Origin: Lama guanicoe
Taxonomy: Eukaryota
Direction of reading: 5' to 3'
DNA: 64,000 nt
Assembly (NCBI GenBank): GCA_013239625.1
Contig: MU053881.1
Coordinates: forward strand, 4,919,957-4,983,956
Every line of letters begins with the position of its first letter. Position 1 is the stretch's first letter. This document shows positions 23,710 to 37,219 of this stretch, piece after piece. Below the pieces are notes generated by a model. The model was not told where the DNA came from, made no database searches, and saw nothing but the letters and a program-made list of their open reading frames with translations. The position numbers and the translations under genes were made by a program.

Positions 23710-26700
23710 CTGCAAAACAAAACCGTCCCAGTGACTGGGCCTCACGCCATCCGCAGGAGGGCGAAATGTTAGCATGGAGAAAGTCAACCAGTTCAATAAT
23801 TTAAAATATACGGGTGCTCCCTAAATACTGGAATGAAACCGGGCTCAGTGAACGTGCAGGTTTGGGCAGGTTGTGCAGGGCTGTGACAGGAGGTCCGGGT
23901 ACCAAGGACAATGCTAAACTGAGGATCCCAAGTCACGGTTTGACTGTGTCATGGAAAGCAGGAAGGGCGAAGCGACCGTACTGGGATCTGACGCGGTCAC
24001 CTGGGTTTCAAGCACCTGCATGTGCACCTGCCCTCTTACAGCACGGAAGGGGGCTTCCCGCAGGCGGGCCAGCTTTCCTCTACGTCCTAAAAAGCAGGGT
24101 CCTCGGTCCTCGAGGTTGCTCATTGTTCTTGTCTCCCCCCAAGTATAGGTGACAGATGAGAATTTCTTTTTCTGGAAGCTTCAAGCTGCACCACCACCTT
24201 CGCAAAGTTAGCAAACACTTAAAATAGGTATCTTCACACAACATTGCGAATCGACTATACTCCAGTAAAAAAGAGAGAGAGAAAATAGAAATTAAATAGT
24301 GTCTTTCAGAGGGAAGCTCCACACAAGCCTTGAGTTGGTGGGTGAGAAAACAAGCTGGTCATGACCCACTATTTGCCAGAATGTTGAGGGTTAAGGGCAG
24401 CAGAGCGAGGGGGCTAGTTAAATTCGGATGAGGCATGGCTGACGCAGGCAGGTCTGAAAAGACTGAAGGTTGAAAAGCGTGGAGAGAGATCAGGTGGGCC
24501 CTTGAGGTTTTCCAAATCAGTGGGCACAACCAGCAGAACCCACAGGGCAGGGTGACAAAATGAGAGGTTTCCCACGGCCCCAGCAGCAGACATGAGGCCG
24601 CTGCTACGTCTTACTGGGGCAGGCTGGGCGGTCTGACTGCCCTTGACGGCAGAAAGCCCCAGACTGCCGGGGACTCACCAGGGCAGGGCACTGCAAACAA
24701 AATACCCGTCAGGTCACGATGTGATTAGAGGACTGTTTTCGCCGTGTACTAAGGAAAAGAACCAGAGCAGGCCAAGTCGGGGCAATTACCAGAGCTACCG
24801 GTTTCTTCCACAGCTCCACAAAAACTCTCTTCTAATCTAATGATCATTTTCTCTTCTCCTTAGGCCAGCAAAACAGTCCTCTGCACAGACCTGACTTCCA
24901 GGCAGATTATACATTTCACTTGAGAAGACTTGAAGCAGTGAATCCAGACGTTTTGTGTGTTAATTTCTTATGAAGAGCACACTGGTTAGATTTCCTTAGA
25001 CTGTTCAGGCCTTTTTGGGCAAATGAATAATCACAAAGAGGGAAAATCGGTCTTCACTTTTGAAAAGTCACATAGAAACAGGGGGTAATTTTCACTCAAG
25101 CTCAGTGATACCAGTTTTAAGACATGTGAGTGAGTGTTATGTTAAACGGCACAGACTTGTGGTTCGATTTGAGTGAATTAAAGAAGCCCATACTCTAGTC
25201 ATCTCTCTGATATGAAATGGACATTTACGGGGGGAGGTGGGCAACTCAACAAAAGGGTCCCTGTCATCTTCTCATTTTTTAAATAAGGGAATCACAAGGC
25301 TACTTTCAGATAAAACCGAGAATGAAGACAACATAAAAATATTAGGACTGGAATCAGGATATCTGTTCAGGGAAGGATGAGTGAATATATTTTTTAAAAC
25401 ACAGAAAAGGTCTCATTTTTATCTGTATTTTTTCACTTCAGATAAATTCACAAAATAATTCCTTCTTTACTATTATGCATAAGGTATGTATTTATTGTAG
25501 GAGATTAACTATAAGAGGTATTTAAGCAAACTAAAGGCATGAGTGTTTCAAAATCCAAGGCAATGCACCGAATGGATGGCAAAAACTGCCGAGCTAAATA
25601 TACTGAGAAGAAATCACTGTGAAGCCCGGTGGCCAGGAAAGGAAGTACAGGGATTTGCAAGCTGGACACTCAAAGAGAAAGAAAATATATCAGAAAGAAT
25701 TCCGAGAGAATGAGTGAGTGGAGACAAGAATGCAGAAGAATGTTCACGGAATAGTAAGTTTACCAATCTGCCCTCTGAATTAATGAATGCTGTGAGGTAG
25801 TGAGAAGCAGGAAAAGCTAAGTAAAGCTAATTAGGTCAAGAGCATGAAAACGGTAGAACCAATAGGTAACCATGGAGGAAAGCAGTGAAAAAGAGGCTGA
25901 GAAGGTGATCTGAGGGCAGAACTGGGAAGGCCTTGACCGCCAAGTCAGAGAGCAGGACAGAACCTACAGATGAGTCATTCTTATCTTTTGCGGCCCATGG
26001 GGACCTTCAGTGACCCGGACAGGCTGTGCTTACAACATGTTACATACAGCATTTCAAGGGGCATGTATCCATGAAAATCAGGGCCTTCAGGTTAAAAGAA
26101 AAAAAAAGTCCTGCTGTAGGCCATGGAAAAGGGGTGAAAATTCTGGGGCAAAAAGCAGTGATGTGTTTCGGGAGGTGCTACATCAGGAAGATGAACAGGG
26201 CGATGGTTTGCAGACACCCTGAGTGAAGAGACAGGCAGGCCTGATGAGAAACCACTGCAATCATTCAGAGCTGCGGCGACTGGGTCAGAAGTTGGGGTCC
26301 CCGTCAGAGGAACAGAAAGGAGGGGCAGACACAAGAGACATCCCAGGCTCCACTGGATTCAAGGAAGACGAGAAAGAAGCGATCGAACACGTCCTGACCC
26401 TAAGGGACACAGAAAACTAGGGCAGGTTCTTTAACCATGAAACACCTTGTACAGTTGAACTTTTCACAAGCCTGGCTTCACTGCAACCTCTCAGCAGATC
26501 ATGAACCCCTTCAGAGCCCACAGCCTTCCCTGAAACCCTACGCACCTCGTGACACTCAAATATTTTTGGAACGCATAGAAAAACAGCTCCCTCGGGGCAG
26601 AGGCCTAATTACCAATACGCTGTTCCTCTCTGGTCCAGACTTTGTAATAAAGTAGAATGCCTGCCCTTTAGGACTGTGGCAGACCACACAGGCTTATCTA

Positions 26701-27959
26701 AACATACTACAATGATGTGGTTTATCAACTGACTTACAGCACACTGGTCTGAAGCCACTCCAAGGGGACTCTGTACAAGCATCAGACCCCCAAAGCTGCA
26801 GGAAAATGGGACATCGGAAAAACAGCAACCTTGATGTGATAGGTCCATTAGAACCTTAGGAATCGAGGCTCTAGAGGCAGACAAGGCTGGCAGGACGCAG
26901 AGATGGAGTGAGCACTGTTCTTAAAAGTACTGGGTAAGACTTCCGGCCAATAAACACAGTGTGCTGTAACTCAGCCTATCAACATATGAAAGAAAACCAT
27001 GGCAATGAAAGTGTTTAAAGTAGCGAAAGGACTGGCTAGCTATTTAACTGTGTGGTTTGAACCAATTCAACTTCATGTGTATAAAATTACGCAAAAGCTT
27101 TCATGACTGTTCCTCATTTTTCTCTGCTGAATACCATGCCTGGCTTACACCTCCTACTTTCTAAATCTGGCCTCTTAAAGAATCATATACAGACCTGAAC
27201 ACTTTTCCTTACCAGGTGGAGACAGGCCTATATCTGGTCTCTGCACTCCTTTATCATTCCACGTTGTGTAGAAGTTCAAAGTTCTAAAGGGGATTTCATT
27301 TAGCTCATTCTTTGGATTTTACCACCAAGAGAAGTGAAGTCCTGTCTTAAAAGTTCTGTTTGCTCCAATGTTAGGCAGAGATTAGATCTCCTGATGTGAT
27401 AACTCCAAAGGCCTACAATTACGGAACTACAATCACTGCCTCAAACATGGAATGAATGTGACATGTTTATAACTAGGGTTGCCTGGCTGTGCTCTATTTC
27501 CCAGTGTTTTGCTTTTAAAGGAACAACCTTTAATATAAAGGTTTTAAGCAGTGCTAGTCTGTGCTGTGGATCCAACTGCAAATGTTAGGAATTCATCAAT
27601 CAGGTTATGGACACATGAAACTGAAAAGACTGGCCAAAGGAAACCTTCCGATTTCACACACGCAGTGTTATTCAGGGCCAAAGGGCCCAATTTACTTCTT
27701 GTAAGGGAAGGAAATAAGGCTCAGAGATGGTAAATGAAAGGCAATGTTAGAACCAGATCCCACTCTGAGGCCTAAAGTTCTCTGCTTTAAACTCCAAGCA
27801 ACATCCATACCTAATATTCACTATAGTTAAGAAGAACGAGAGAAGACAGAACCTGATGAAAAAAAGGCAGGTTAAAAAAATACAGGAATCGTATTTTTAA
27901 AAAATCTGTATAAAAGGGAATCAAAATCCCTTTGGGCAAAGAAAGAACTCCAAGCGGGA

Positions 27960-29810
27960 AAAAAAAGCTGCCTATCTACCAGACTGGCAAACATCAGGCT
28001 TATGAGGAAAAGGCACTCACATATAATGTTGGCGGGAATGCAAAAATGGTGCAATTCCTATAGAACAGAATGCAGTAATATCAAGGAAAAGTATATATAC
28101 TGTTAACCCAGAGATTCCATTTTCAAGGACTCTAACCCAAAGATCACTGGTAAAAATACAAAAACATCATATGCACAGGATGGCACCATGGCTTTATCAG
28201 TAATAGCAAAAGACTGGAAATAATCCGAAAGGGTATCAATGGCTATAAAAAGAATTGAGGACGATCTCTAAACACTGACATGAGCAATCTCTAGGATATA
28301 TACTGTTCAGTGAGAAGAGCAAGGTACCGAATAGTACATGTAATATGGTATCTCTTCTGTAACAGCTGTGTGTGTAGAGGGGGATGGACACACACACACA
28401 CGTATATGTTTGCTGATCTTTGCACAGCGAAACAGTGGAAGGATATAGTCTTCTACGAATATATCTTAATGATAATCTTGACTCTGGAAATATTTTACAT
28501 ATTCAAAAAAAGTAGCAAAGAAAAAAGAAAAAAAATTACTAGAAAATTGAATACAAAATAAACCATCTTAATCTAACCGTGTATAAATTGATAACCAACA
28601 GAGGAAACAATTATTTCAGTTGACCTCCCAAAACAGCATTCTGTCCTTTATTTGTTCTAAGGACAATATAAAACAGCAAAGAAATCCTCAATTGCATTCG
28701 ATAAACTTATAGTTAGTAGTTATATTGGTGGTATTTTGAAACTATCTTATATATGTAACAGGATAATCAAAGTAAGTAATTTCGTTACTGCCTTTAGGAG
28801 CCAAGTTTTCAGCATATGTGAATGATATGCAAGTATAAAACCAAAGAAGTCAAATAAAAACCCTGTAATGTTAAATCTGAATTAGAAACACTAACATGAA
28901 CTCATGATAATTTTTTTTTTCTTTTTAAAAATCTATACTTCCTGCCTTTGTCTGCTGTAAAGGCTTGGCAGCAACAACACCTTGGCAGAAATGAATGCAC
29001 CTGGCCATCTGATCATGGCTTTTAAACACCACTACCGCTGAAAAAAATCAGGGTCCACAGGGCTTGAGGACTGTCTAGTGAACCAGGGATCCTTTCAAGT
29101 GGGAGACTCAGAAAGCAGTTGGAGGAAAAGCTGATTCCACGTCTGGGACAAGAAACATACAAGAGAGGTCTGAACACCTTGATGTTGCCAGAAAGAAAAC
29201 TATCAAAGACTAATATCAAAAGGACCCGGAAGCCAGTCTAGACAGAGACTCCCATAACGCCAAAGAAAGAACTGAACATAAAAAGGGTAACAAATGTGCA
29301 ACTGATTAAAACTGGAAATGAAAGAAAACCTTATTGGATACCCTAGAAGTAACTTGGGCACCAACATCTTACTCTGAAAAAGTAAAAGAAAAAAAAATTA
29401 AGTATGTATTCTGCTTTTCTTGTATGACCTATGTTTCAAGGTTACAAGTAATGGTAGCTGGTGAGGAAAAGCTCATCTTTTAAAGAAATAGTTCATCTAA
29501 TCAAATAGAGAGGTAATAATAGGATAGAAAATCACCGTCTGTGCAGTTTCTACTGAAATGCTTCATTCAGGCTAAGATCATTGATGGATAAATTCACTGG
29601 ATAAAGGCGGACAGAGACCGTTACATCTGGAGGGACCAGGCTGTTGTTACCTGAACCCACTGATCACCTTGGCATCACTGAAGACAGACATCGTGTGTCT
29701 CCTGATATAAGGCAATACGAAGTTCACGGAACCACTTGAGAGCCCTCGCCAAAAAAGCGGAACCTGAATCTAGTCAAGCATTTAGCGGTCACCTCCACTT
29801 AACGAAATAA
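27960..29810 (+). mobile_element. old L1M (L1MC-like) fragments
   Basis: End-of-ORF2 and 3' UTR motifs (GGGAATGCAAAATGGTGCAA, AGCAAAAGACTGGAAA, AACCTGAATCTAGTCAAGC). Boundaries approximate. Confidence 0.6.
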
Positions 29811-30341
29811 TGGAGACAGGAACAAACGAAATGACAGGTTTGCTGACTCTCAGCCTGTGAATAAGTCTTTCCATTACACCACTCCTTACTGCTCCTTCGC
29901 TGATCCTCAGAACCAAATGAAACCTGCAATTTTAAGACCAATTTTCAAAAAGCATCTGTCTCTCTCTATCCAAAGCATTCAGAGAGGCCCTTCATGTAAA
30001 ACCTGTCAGCCACTTAAAGTTGCAGAAGCTCGAAATACCAAGCATAAACAATCACGTACTTGATCTGTGTCTCCAAGACTGCATGCAAACCTACCTTTAT
30101 TTAAACATCTGGGGAAGACCACAATTTAAAATAAATCCTTTGGTATAGTGAATGGCCTAAGACCCACATCTATTTCTGCTAGTCAGATCGCGTTTACTTG
30201 CAAGAGCCTACCCTTGCAGAGGCCCGAGTTTTCCGAGGAAAAGTCAAGGCAAACTCCAGCTGACCGACGGACAACGCTCATGTGAAAGGTCAAGGGCATA
30301 GTCACCTCAACGACTGAGCACTGGCGAGCAGGTCTTCTTCC

Positions 30342-30533
<192 letters not shown>

Positions 30534-33500
30534 TTAAATCTATTCTGTTCAGACCAAACCTTCGATACACTTAAAGTTCATAAGACACATGGTGCTAACG
30601 GGACCATATTTTACAACAAAATGCTTCATAGAACACCCTGCCTTCGTTTGGATGCCTGACTGACAAAGCAGTGAGGCTTCACCACAGTATGTCTCTCTTC
30701 TCTCTTGTTATCTCAATTCCCTTTCCAAGTATCCAAGATTTCCTAAATTCATATGATATCTTCATCTCAGAGTGTTTTTGTCTAATCTCAGTTATCACCC
30801 TCACAACTTTCAGGCTCAGGAAAAATGGGTTTACTTTACTTTATCCATTTTCCAAAGGCTGGGACCCACAACCAATATGACACATCCATTTTTATTGGTA
30901 CAGCCATTTCAGCCTGCTGTCTCCCAATTAGACGATGACACCGGAGCATCCCATCTGGAATCACTATCACCACTAAAATGTGTTACATACATTTTGGGCC
31001 CCAGTGGAGCTGAGAAAATGGACATTTAACTCCCCCTGCTTACTCAGAATCTAAGTAACAAGGTATTCCTCTGCATCACAGACCAATTACGGAGGAAGTA
31101 CGATGGTGTACATACTGCCCCAGGGTTAGAAAAATAGCACATAGTCAAAACTGTCTTTAAAATTTTCTTATACAGCTCACCGAGGTCTGAATAAATGGTT
31201 CTATACCTGATCTAGGAATTCATAAGCCCACTGAAGTTGGAAAATCACTGAACTAAGACCAAAGCAGAGGAAAAAAAAGTGAAATATTTGCAAATCATGT
31301 ATCTGATAAGGGGTTAATAACCAAAATATATAAAGAACCCATGACTCAATAGAAGGACAGTGAGCAAACATCTAGCCATTCAAATCATTCCATGTTTTAC
31401 TTTATTAAACAAATATTTAATGAGCACCGAACAGGCTCCAGGCCCCAGAGAGACAAAGGAGAAAATGAAATGTTACTTCCCTCACAAAGTTTATATAATA
31501 TGTCAGGAAGGATGTAAAGTGGGGTGAAGGGACAGAAAAGATGGAGGTAATGGGGGTTCTACTTTGATGGGCTGGTCAGGAAGGCCTTTCCAAGGATGTG
31601 GGGCTTGAGTGGAGACCGGAATGAAGAACAACTGCCTTGAATTTCTATCCAAAATGTAGACATTCATCTTTAAATTAGAATTTAAACTGGAAATTGGAAT
31701 GGCTCTTATTTGTGGGGGGGGGGTGTTAAACAAGCCCTGACTCCGTCAACTAGTGATCCTGGAGGATGGATTTCAGCCTGGGACCCTGATGCTGCTGTCC
31801 TCTCTGCAGGGGACGTAGGGAGTTGCTTTCTACGGAGAAGGAGATGTCCTGTTAACAGTAGTTTCCTCCTAAAATTTCAGGACTTTCAATTCCCCTATAA
31901 GAGGGGGAACTAGCCAAAGCCAACCCAGGTCATGGTCTTGTTGGATCTCTGTTCTTCCACTTGCTGTCATTTTTAGAACTCTTCCAATGAGAGGATCAAG
32001 AAGCTGAGTCTGATCACTAATGGTCAGACTGCTGGGGAAGCGACCAGCACCAGCACCAGACGCTTCACTTGCAGAAACAAAGCACCGGCCCTCCCCTCCC
32101 CACCGCACCCCAACGGAAGGTGGTTCTGTGACCGGAAACATGACACCTGAGGACACTGGGCCAACACAGCTACCTCTAGCTGACTCACTTTTATAAACAA
32201 GAAGTTAATTCAGATGAGATTCTCTGATCTGTCCTTGGAACTAGAGAATTCAACACAAACAAAATACCAAGACTTGTCACCGAGGTTTAACATCTACCTG
32301 AAAAAAGGAACGCCGAGGGCAGCACAGGCAGACGCGCTGAGAAGCACTGTGACGGCAGTGAACACTAATGGTGCAGAGCGAGAGTCATGGAAAATTCCAG
32401 AGACCCAGGACCTCCCCAATCCCAGCAGGCAGTGGAAGCAGACTGTACAAACAGTCGTCCGTCCTCTCAGGACAGGCTGAAATCACTGGCCGGTGCTTAG
32501 AAATGCCAAACACAAAACATGTTAGAACCTCGCCTCTGTCTCTTTTCTTCACCCAAAATGCATACTACCCAGTAAAAACCCCATCTCCCCACACTTCGTA
32601 TGATGTTGGATTGTGGTGCTTCTCAATCCTGACAGTACGTTATAATCACCCAGGCAGCTTGGAGCTTTAAAAAAAAAATGATGTTATATCTTACAAATGC
32701 TCTTTCTTTTAATTCTCCCACAATCTGGTCAAGGAAACTGAGGCAGAGAGAGGTGAAATGATTTACCTATGGTCATAACACTAATCAGGTGGCAGCACCT
32801 CCTGAACCCGAAATCAGGTCTGACTAATATTCCTGTCTCACAAGTTACCTTCTGAAATATGTTAACTGACAATATTTCAGAAGGCATCAATTCAGCTCAA
32901 TCTAAACCGTCTGGGAGTCAGGGATACAGAGACTCCATCTGCTCACTCTTATGCCCATCATGAGCCTTTGGTACCAGAGGTAAAGAAGGAACATCCAGAA
33001 GCAAGAACGAAGTCCACTCTGCTTGCTCAGATCAGTATTCAGAAACTTTTTCGGATTTTATTTCACATACTATTTTTAATATTTCAAATCAAGCAAAACA
33101 TCTCACTTAAAAAAAAAAAAAACTAACAAACCACAGTACAAGAAAATTCCTTGGGAAACAGCCCAGGCCAGTTCATTTGAAATTCCAGGGAGGAATTTCC
33201 CCCCTCCAACCAGCTGAGCTCTGGACCCGCCCTTCTGACTACTGCCTGACTTCAGATTTTTCTTTAAAGCTGATAAACATAGTGGAAGGAGGAAAAAAAC
33301 ACCCTGAATTGATGGAAGTGGGTGGGGAAAGAGATCGTATTCCAGTGAATCTATTACTTCATGTATCCAAGAAGAGAGAACTAAATGTACCCTCCACATC
33401 TGCCTCCAGAACCCCTAGTCCCTTCTGAGATTATTCAGACAAATGAGGCAGCTATGGCGCCAGAACACCTTTCAGAGATCTGCAGAGCTGGAGTGGACCA

Positions 33501-34772
33501 GAGGTCAAGTCCGTGTTCCGCATTTTCACAATGAAGAAACCATGTCCTAGGGAGCTTAATACCCCATAGCGAATCAGTGATAGAGCCGGAAAGAGAACCC
33601 AGGACTTGTGAGTCTCATGGTACCAAGTTGCTCCCACAGGGTTATTAAGGATGAAACAGATCAGGCAGTTTGGGAGTTCCTCTTTCACGCCACAATCATT
33701 TCCCAATGCCAGGCTCCGTAAGTCTGGCTCTAAGGATGCCAAGGGGAATTGGCTGAGGGGCCATCCCCTAGGAGCTTATGACTTGTGAGGGACAAACCAA
33801 GGATGGTGGCGGAGTTCGCTGTGGGAGAGAGAGGCAGAGGGTGATTTCATCACAGACACTCCTGACCACTTCTCACGAGCTCAGCTCTTGGTTAGCTGAA
33901 TTCTTCAAGCACAAAATATGCCCTTCCCACAGAAAAGGCGACACCCAGCTCTCTCAAATCTTGCTTTGTTCTTTTGTTCCGCATTCAGATATGAAAACAG
34001 GGAACAGAGGCATGGTTACTTCCTGGTGATACACAGGTCAAGGGGGTAATTGCTTAGCTTCCCTGTTGGAATAGGGAGGCCTGGGTAGGACTTCTCTTCT
34101 GATCTGCTGCCCCTCTAAAGGGCCATGACAAGAGTGACCTCTATCAGCGGGCTCCTTAAGAGACAGCAGAGAAGTGACTTGCCCTGTCTCTACCAAGATG
34201 ACCCCTGTCAAATACCCTCACTCCAATTCAATGACGTAAATTCTTTCAACGCAGCAACATTATTAGACACTATTAGAAAACGTGGGATTCCGTATTAGAC
34301 GAGATTGGATTTTAATTTCAGCTACATCAAATATTACAGTGACTCCAGGCAAGTGAGCTTACAACCCTGAGTCTCAGTTTCCCCTTTTGTAAAATGAAGA
34401 TAATAATTCCTGCCTCACGATGTTAAGAATTAAAGGAATAATACATGAAAGTGCTCTGTGTAGTAGTTGACAAATGGATGTTTCATAAATACGAGTTATT
34501 CCTTCTCCTTCTCTGTGAGATCGCTAAAAATGTACTCAAGCCACAGAATGAAATACAACTGATTTTACTTTACAAAGGATTTTGTAAATGCAGCACTGAA
34601 TCATTCTCATTTCCACCTCCTCTCCTGCCCCCACCCCACCTACAGAAGGCAGAATTCTAAGATGTTGCCCCCAAATTCCCATTCCCTTGCGTAGACACCC
34701 TGTATAAACAAGGGATGGTGGATATGATGAGACAGTCACTCCCATGATTAGATTATGGGATATAGCTGGCTT

Positions 34773-35101
34773 GACAGAGAAAATCAAATACTCTCTGATA
34801 TTTGTTATACGTGGAATCTAAAAAATGCAACAAACTAGTGAATATAACAAAACAGACTCACAGATATAGAGAACTAGTCATTACCAATGGGAAGGGGAAA
34901 GGGAGGGGGAGAGAAGAGGGAGATACAAACTATAATGTACAAAACAAATAAGCTACAAGGATACACTGTGCAACACAGGGAATACAGCCACTATTTTATA
35001 ACCATAAATAGTGTATAACCTTTAAAAATTGCGAACCACTATGTTGTACACCTGAAACTTATATAATACTGTACATCAACTATACCTCAAAAAAAAAAAA
35101 A
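34773..35101 (+). mobile_element. LINE-1 3' end nested in the MLT1-like LTR
   Basis: GTGGAATCTAAAAA...CAACTATACCTCAAAAAAAAAAAAA. TSD gatatagctggctt (34759-34772) / gatacagttggctt (35102-35115). Confidence 0.8.
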
Positions 35102-35205
35102 GATACAGTTGGCTTTAAGAAAGGGAGATTATCCTGGGTGGGCCTGACCTGATCAGGTGAGTGCCTACAAGGGCCAGGACTCTCCTTGATGAAAGCTATC
35201 TGGAG

Positions 35206-35879
35206 TGTATGTACTTATGACTTTATTGCCAATCAGCTTGGAAAGTACCCTTTAAAATGTGCTCCGTAACAAACAACGCAATTCTTTTTTTCTCCTTGAA
35301 AGTGGGCATGATGTTAAGTTTTTCAGTAGAGGGAGCTGGAGGGACACTGCAGGCACGGGCCGGAAGCTGGGGGAGCGGGTGTGAGGGCATCTGGTAGGAC
35401 CCACACAGGCTCAGACCCGGAACACGGCCACTCTTGGATCTGGAAGGCTTGGCCTGGAGACAACCTTTCTGCAGCCCTCTCGATACAGAAACCAGAGCCC
35501 CTGCTTGGCCTACATGCTGTGGGGTCCTCCTGCTCGCAGTACACAGGGATTCCGGCTACACACCCAGGCCACTACGGCCCGCTTTCCTGCCTGTACTCCA
35601 GATGGTGGCCCACTGCCGGCAAGCCCAGACCAGCTCTGGCCTGGCCAAACTCATGAAGTTCTCTGCTCTCCGGCGGGCTGGACCACATCTTCTCCAACAA
35701 GGTCTGAGTCCCTTCCAAGTCGGTCCTTGCTTGGGTACCCCGCCTCAGCCTTCGGGTTCCATCTGCTGTTTTCTTGTAACTTACAGTTACTCTTTTGTCC
35801 TAGTGGATAATTATGTTACACCTCCCACATTCAACCTACCGTGTGGTGTTTATCTCCTCACTGGACCCAGACTGCTACA
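35206..35879 (+). mobile_element. ERVL-class solo LTR (MER54/MER74-like; family uncertain)
   Basis: TGT...ACA termini, ending TCTCCTCACTGGACCCAGACTGCTACA. It interrupts the MLT1-like element. Confidence 0.5.
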
Positions 35880-37219
35880 GGATGAGAAGGACTTGACACA
35901 AAGGAAGATTCTCTCTTGCTAGCTTTGGAAATGCAGGCACTACACGTGGGAGAGCAGCCTCAACTGACACCCAGCAAGGAAATGGGGCCTAAGCCCTACA
36001 AGCACGAGGAACTGAGGTCCGCCACAGCCATGGGAGCTCGGAAGAGGACCCCAGGTTCCAGATGAGAGGGTTATTTTCCACTAACCTGATGTCAGCCCTA
36101 TCTCTACTACAGCCCTTTCAGTACTATAGAAATATGCCCCATTTCTGCCTGCTCTGTACTTGATCTTTCCTTTCTTTTCTCTATTCTATACTAGGCCTTT
36201 CAATTCAAATTCTCTTATCTGCCAAATTATAAATGAAAAGATGATATGGTCAGAGTAAGAAAAATAAACTTTTTTATACAGCAGATAATAGTATGCTTGG
36301 TCAGGTCCCTAGATTTCCTTTCCACTGTCAACAGTCAGGACATCCAAACATTTCACATGTATCTGTGAGAAAGATGTAGGTAATTCTCAGACCACAAACC
36401 CAAGGGAAGGCAATAACCCAGAGAGGGAAGTAAAATGACTCCAGGTTGCTCTCCACAACCTGAGAGCATACACAAAACTAGAGGGATCTAAGCTTTGTTT
36501 TCAGACCTCACAGCGCATGAAAAATGATAGAGAAAACCCAGGGCCCATACAAGGTAGAGAGTCTAACCAAAGTTTCACCTCCCTCCTCCCAAATTTGAGA
36601 CCTCAAAGGGTGCTGTCTCAGTGTAAGGGTAAAATCAAACAAAACCCCTTCAGACGGAAAGAGAGAAAAACCAACTGTCATAAATGTAAACACCAAGGAG
36701 AAAAACACTGCCACTGAGAACTGGTCTTCACGAAGCTTTGCCAACTCAAATTCATACTACATGGTTTCACAAAAGCGCATACCAAGATTTTACTTAATTG
36801 AATGCCACACTGGTGACGGCCACAGACACCTGGCAGGAGCGATGTAAATCCTCTCTGGAGGAGCCTACCTTCACACCAGGCCTCAGAGGACTCACGCATA
36901 TAAAACTCTAGGGAAGATGAACAGATGGCAGATATAAATAAACACATACAGAACAGGGCGCCGAGAGTGAGAGGCAGCAGACACAGACCTGCAAGGGCTT
37001 CAGAAAAAGGAAAGATCAATATGGACTATACATAAACTGCCTACTACATTTTAAGAAATAAAGATACACTTAAAATACGTGCAGGAAGAAAGAAGGAAGG
37101 AAAGGGAGAGAGGGAGGGAAGGAGAAAAGGAGGGAAAACAAAACTGTAAAATCAGCAAAAAGAACTTCTACAGAAATGAAACACAGAATATATGAAAATA
37201 AAAAAAGTCTATACATGAG

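Larger units (their letters stand above)
34640..36085 (+). mobile_element. MaLR (MLT1-like) LTR carrying two nested insertions
   Basis: GGCAGAATTCTAAGATG..CCCC start, GGGAGATTATCCTGGGTGGGCCTGACCTGATCA, and CAGCAAGGAAATGGGGCCT...GAAGAGGACCCC..CCAGATGAGA motifs. Family assigned from recall. Confidence 0.6.

Noticed and set aside
29700..30305. Expected SNORA74B (U19-like H/ACA snoRNA), which human has in an ATP6V0E1 intron
   Set aside because: I could not see U19-like sequence downstream of exon 3 on either strand. It is probably absent in this lineage, but a cmsearch with the Rfam SNORA74 model is needed to be sure.
35323..35922. 162-aa ORF and overlapping ORFs in a GC-richer patch
   Set aside because: They lie within an LTR-like element and show no similarity to gag/pol/env or to cellular proteins that I can recognise.
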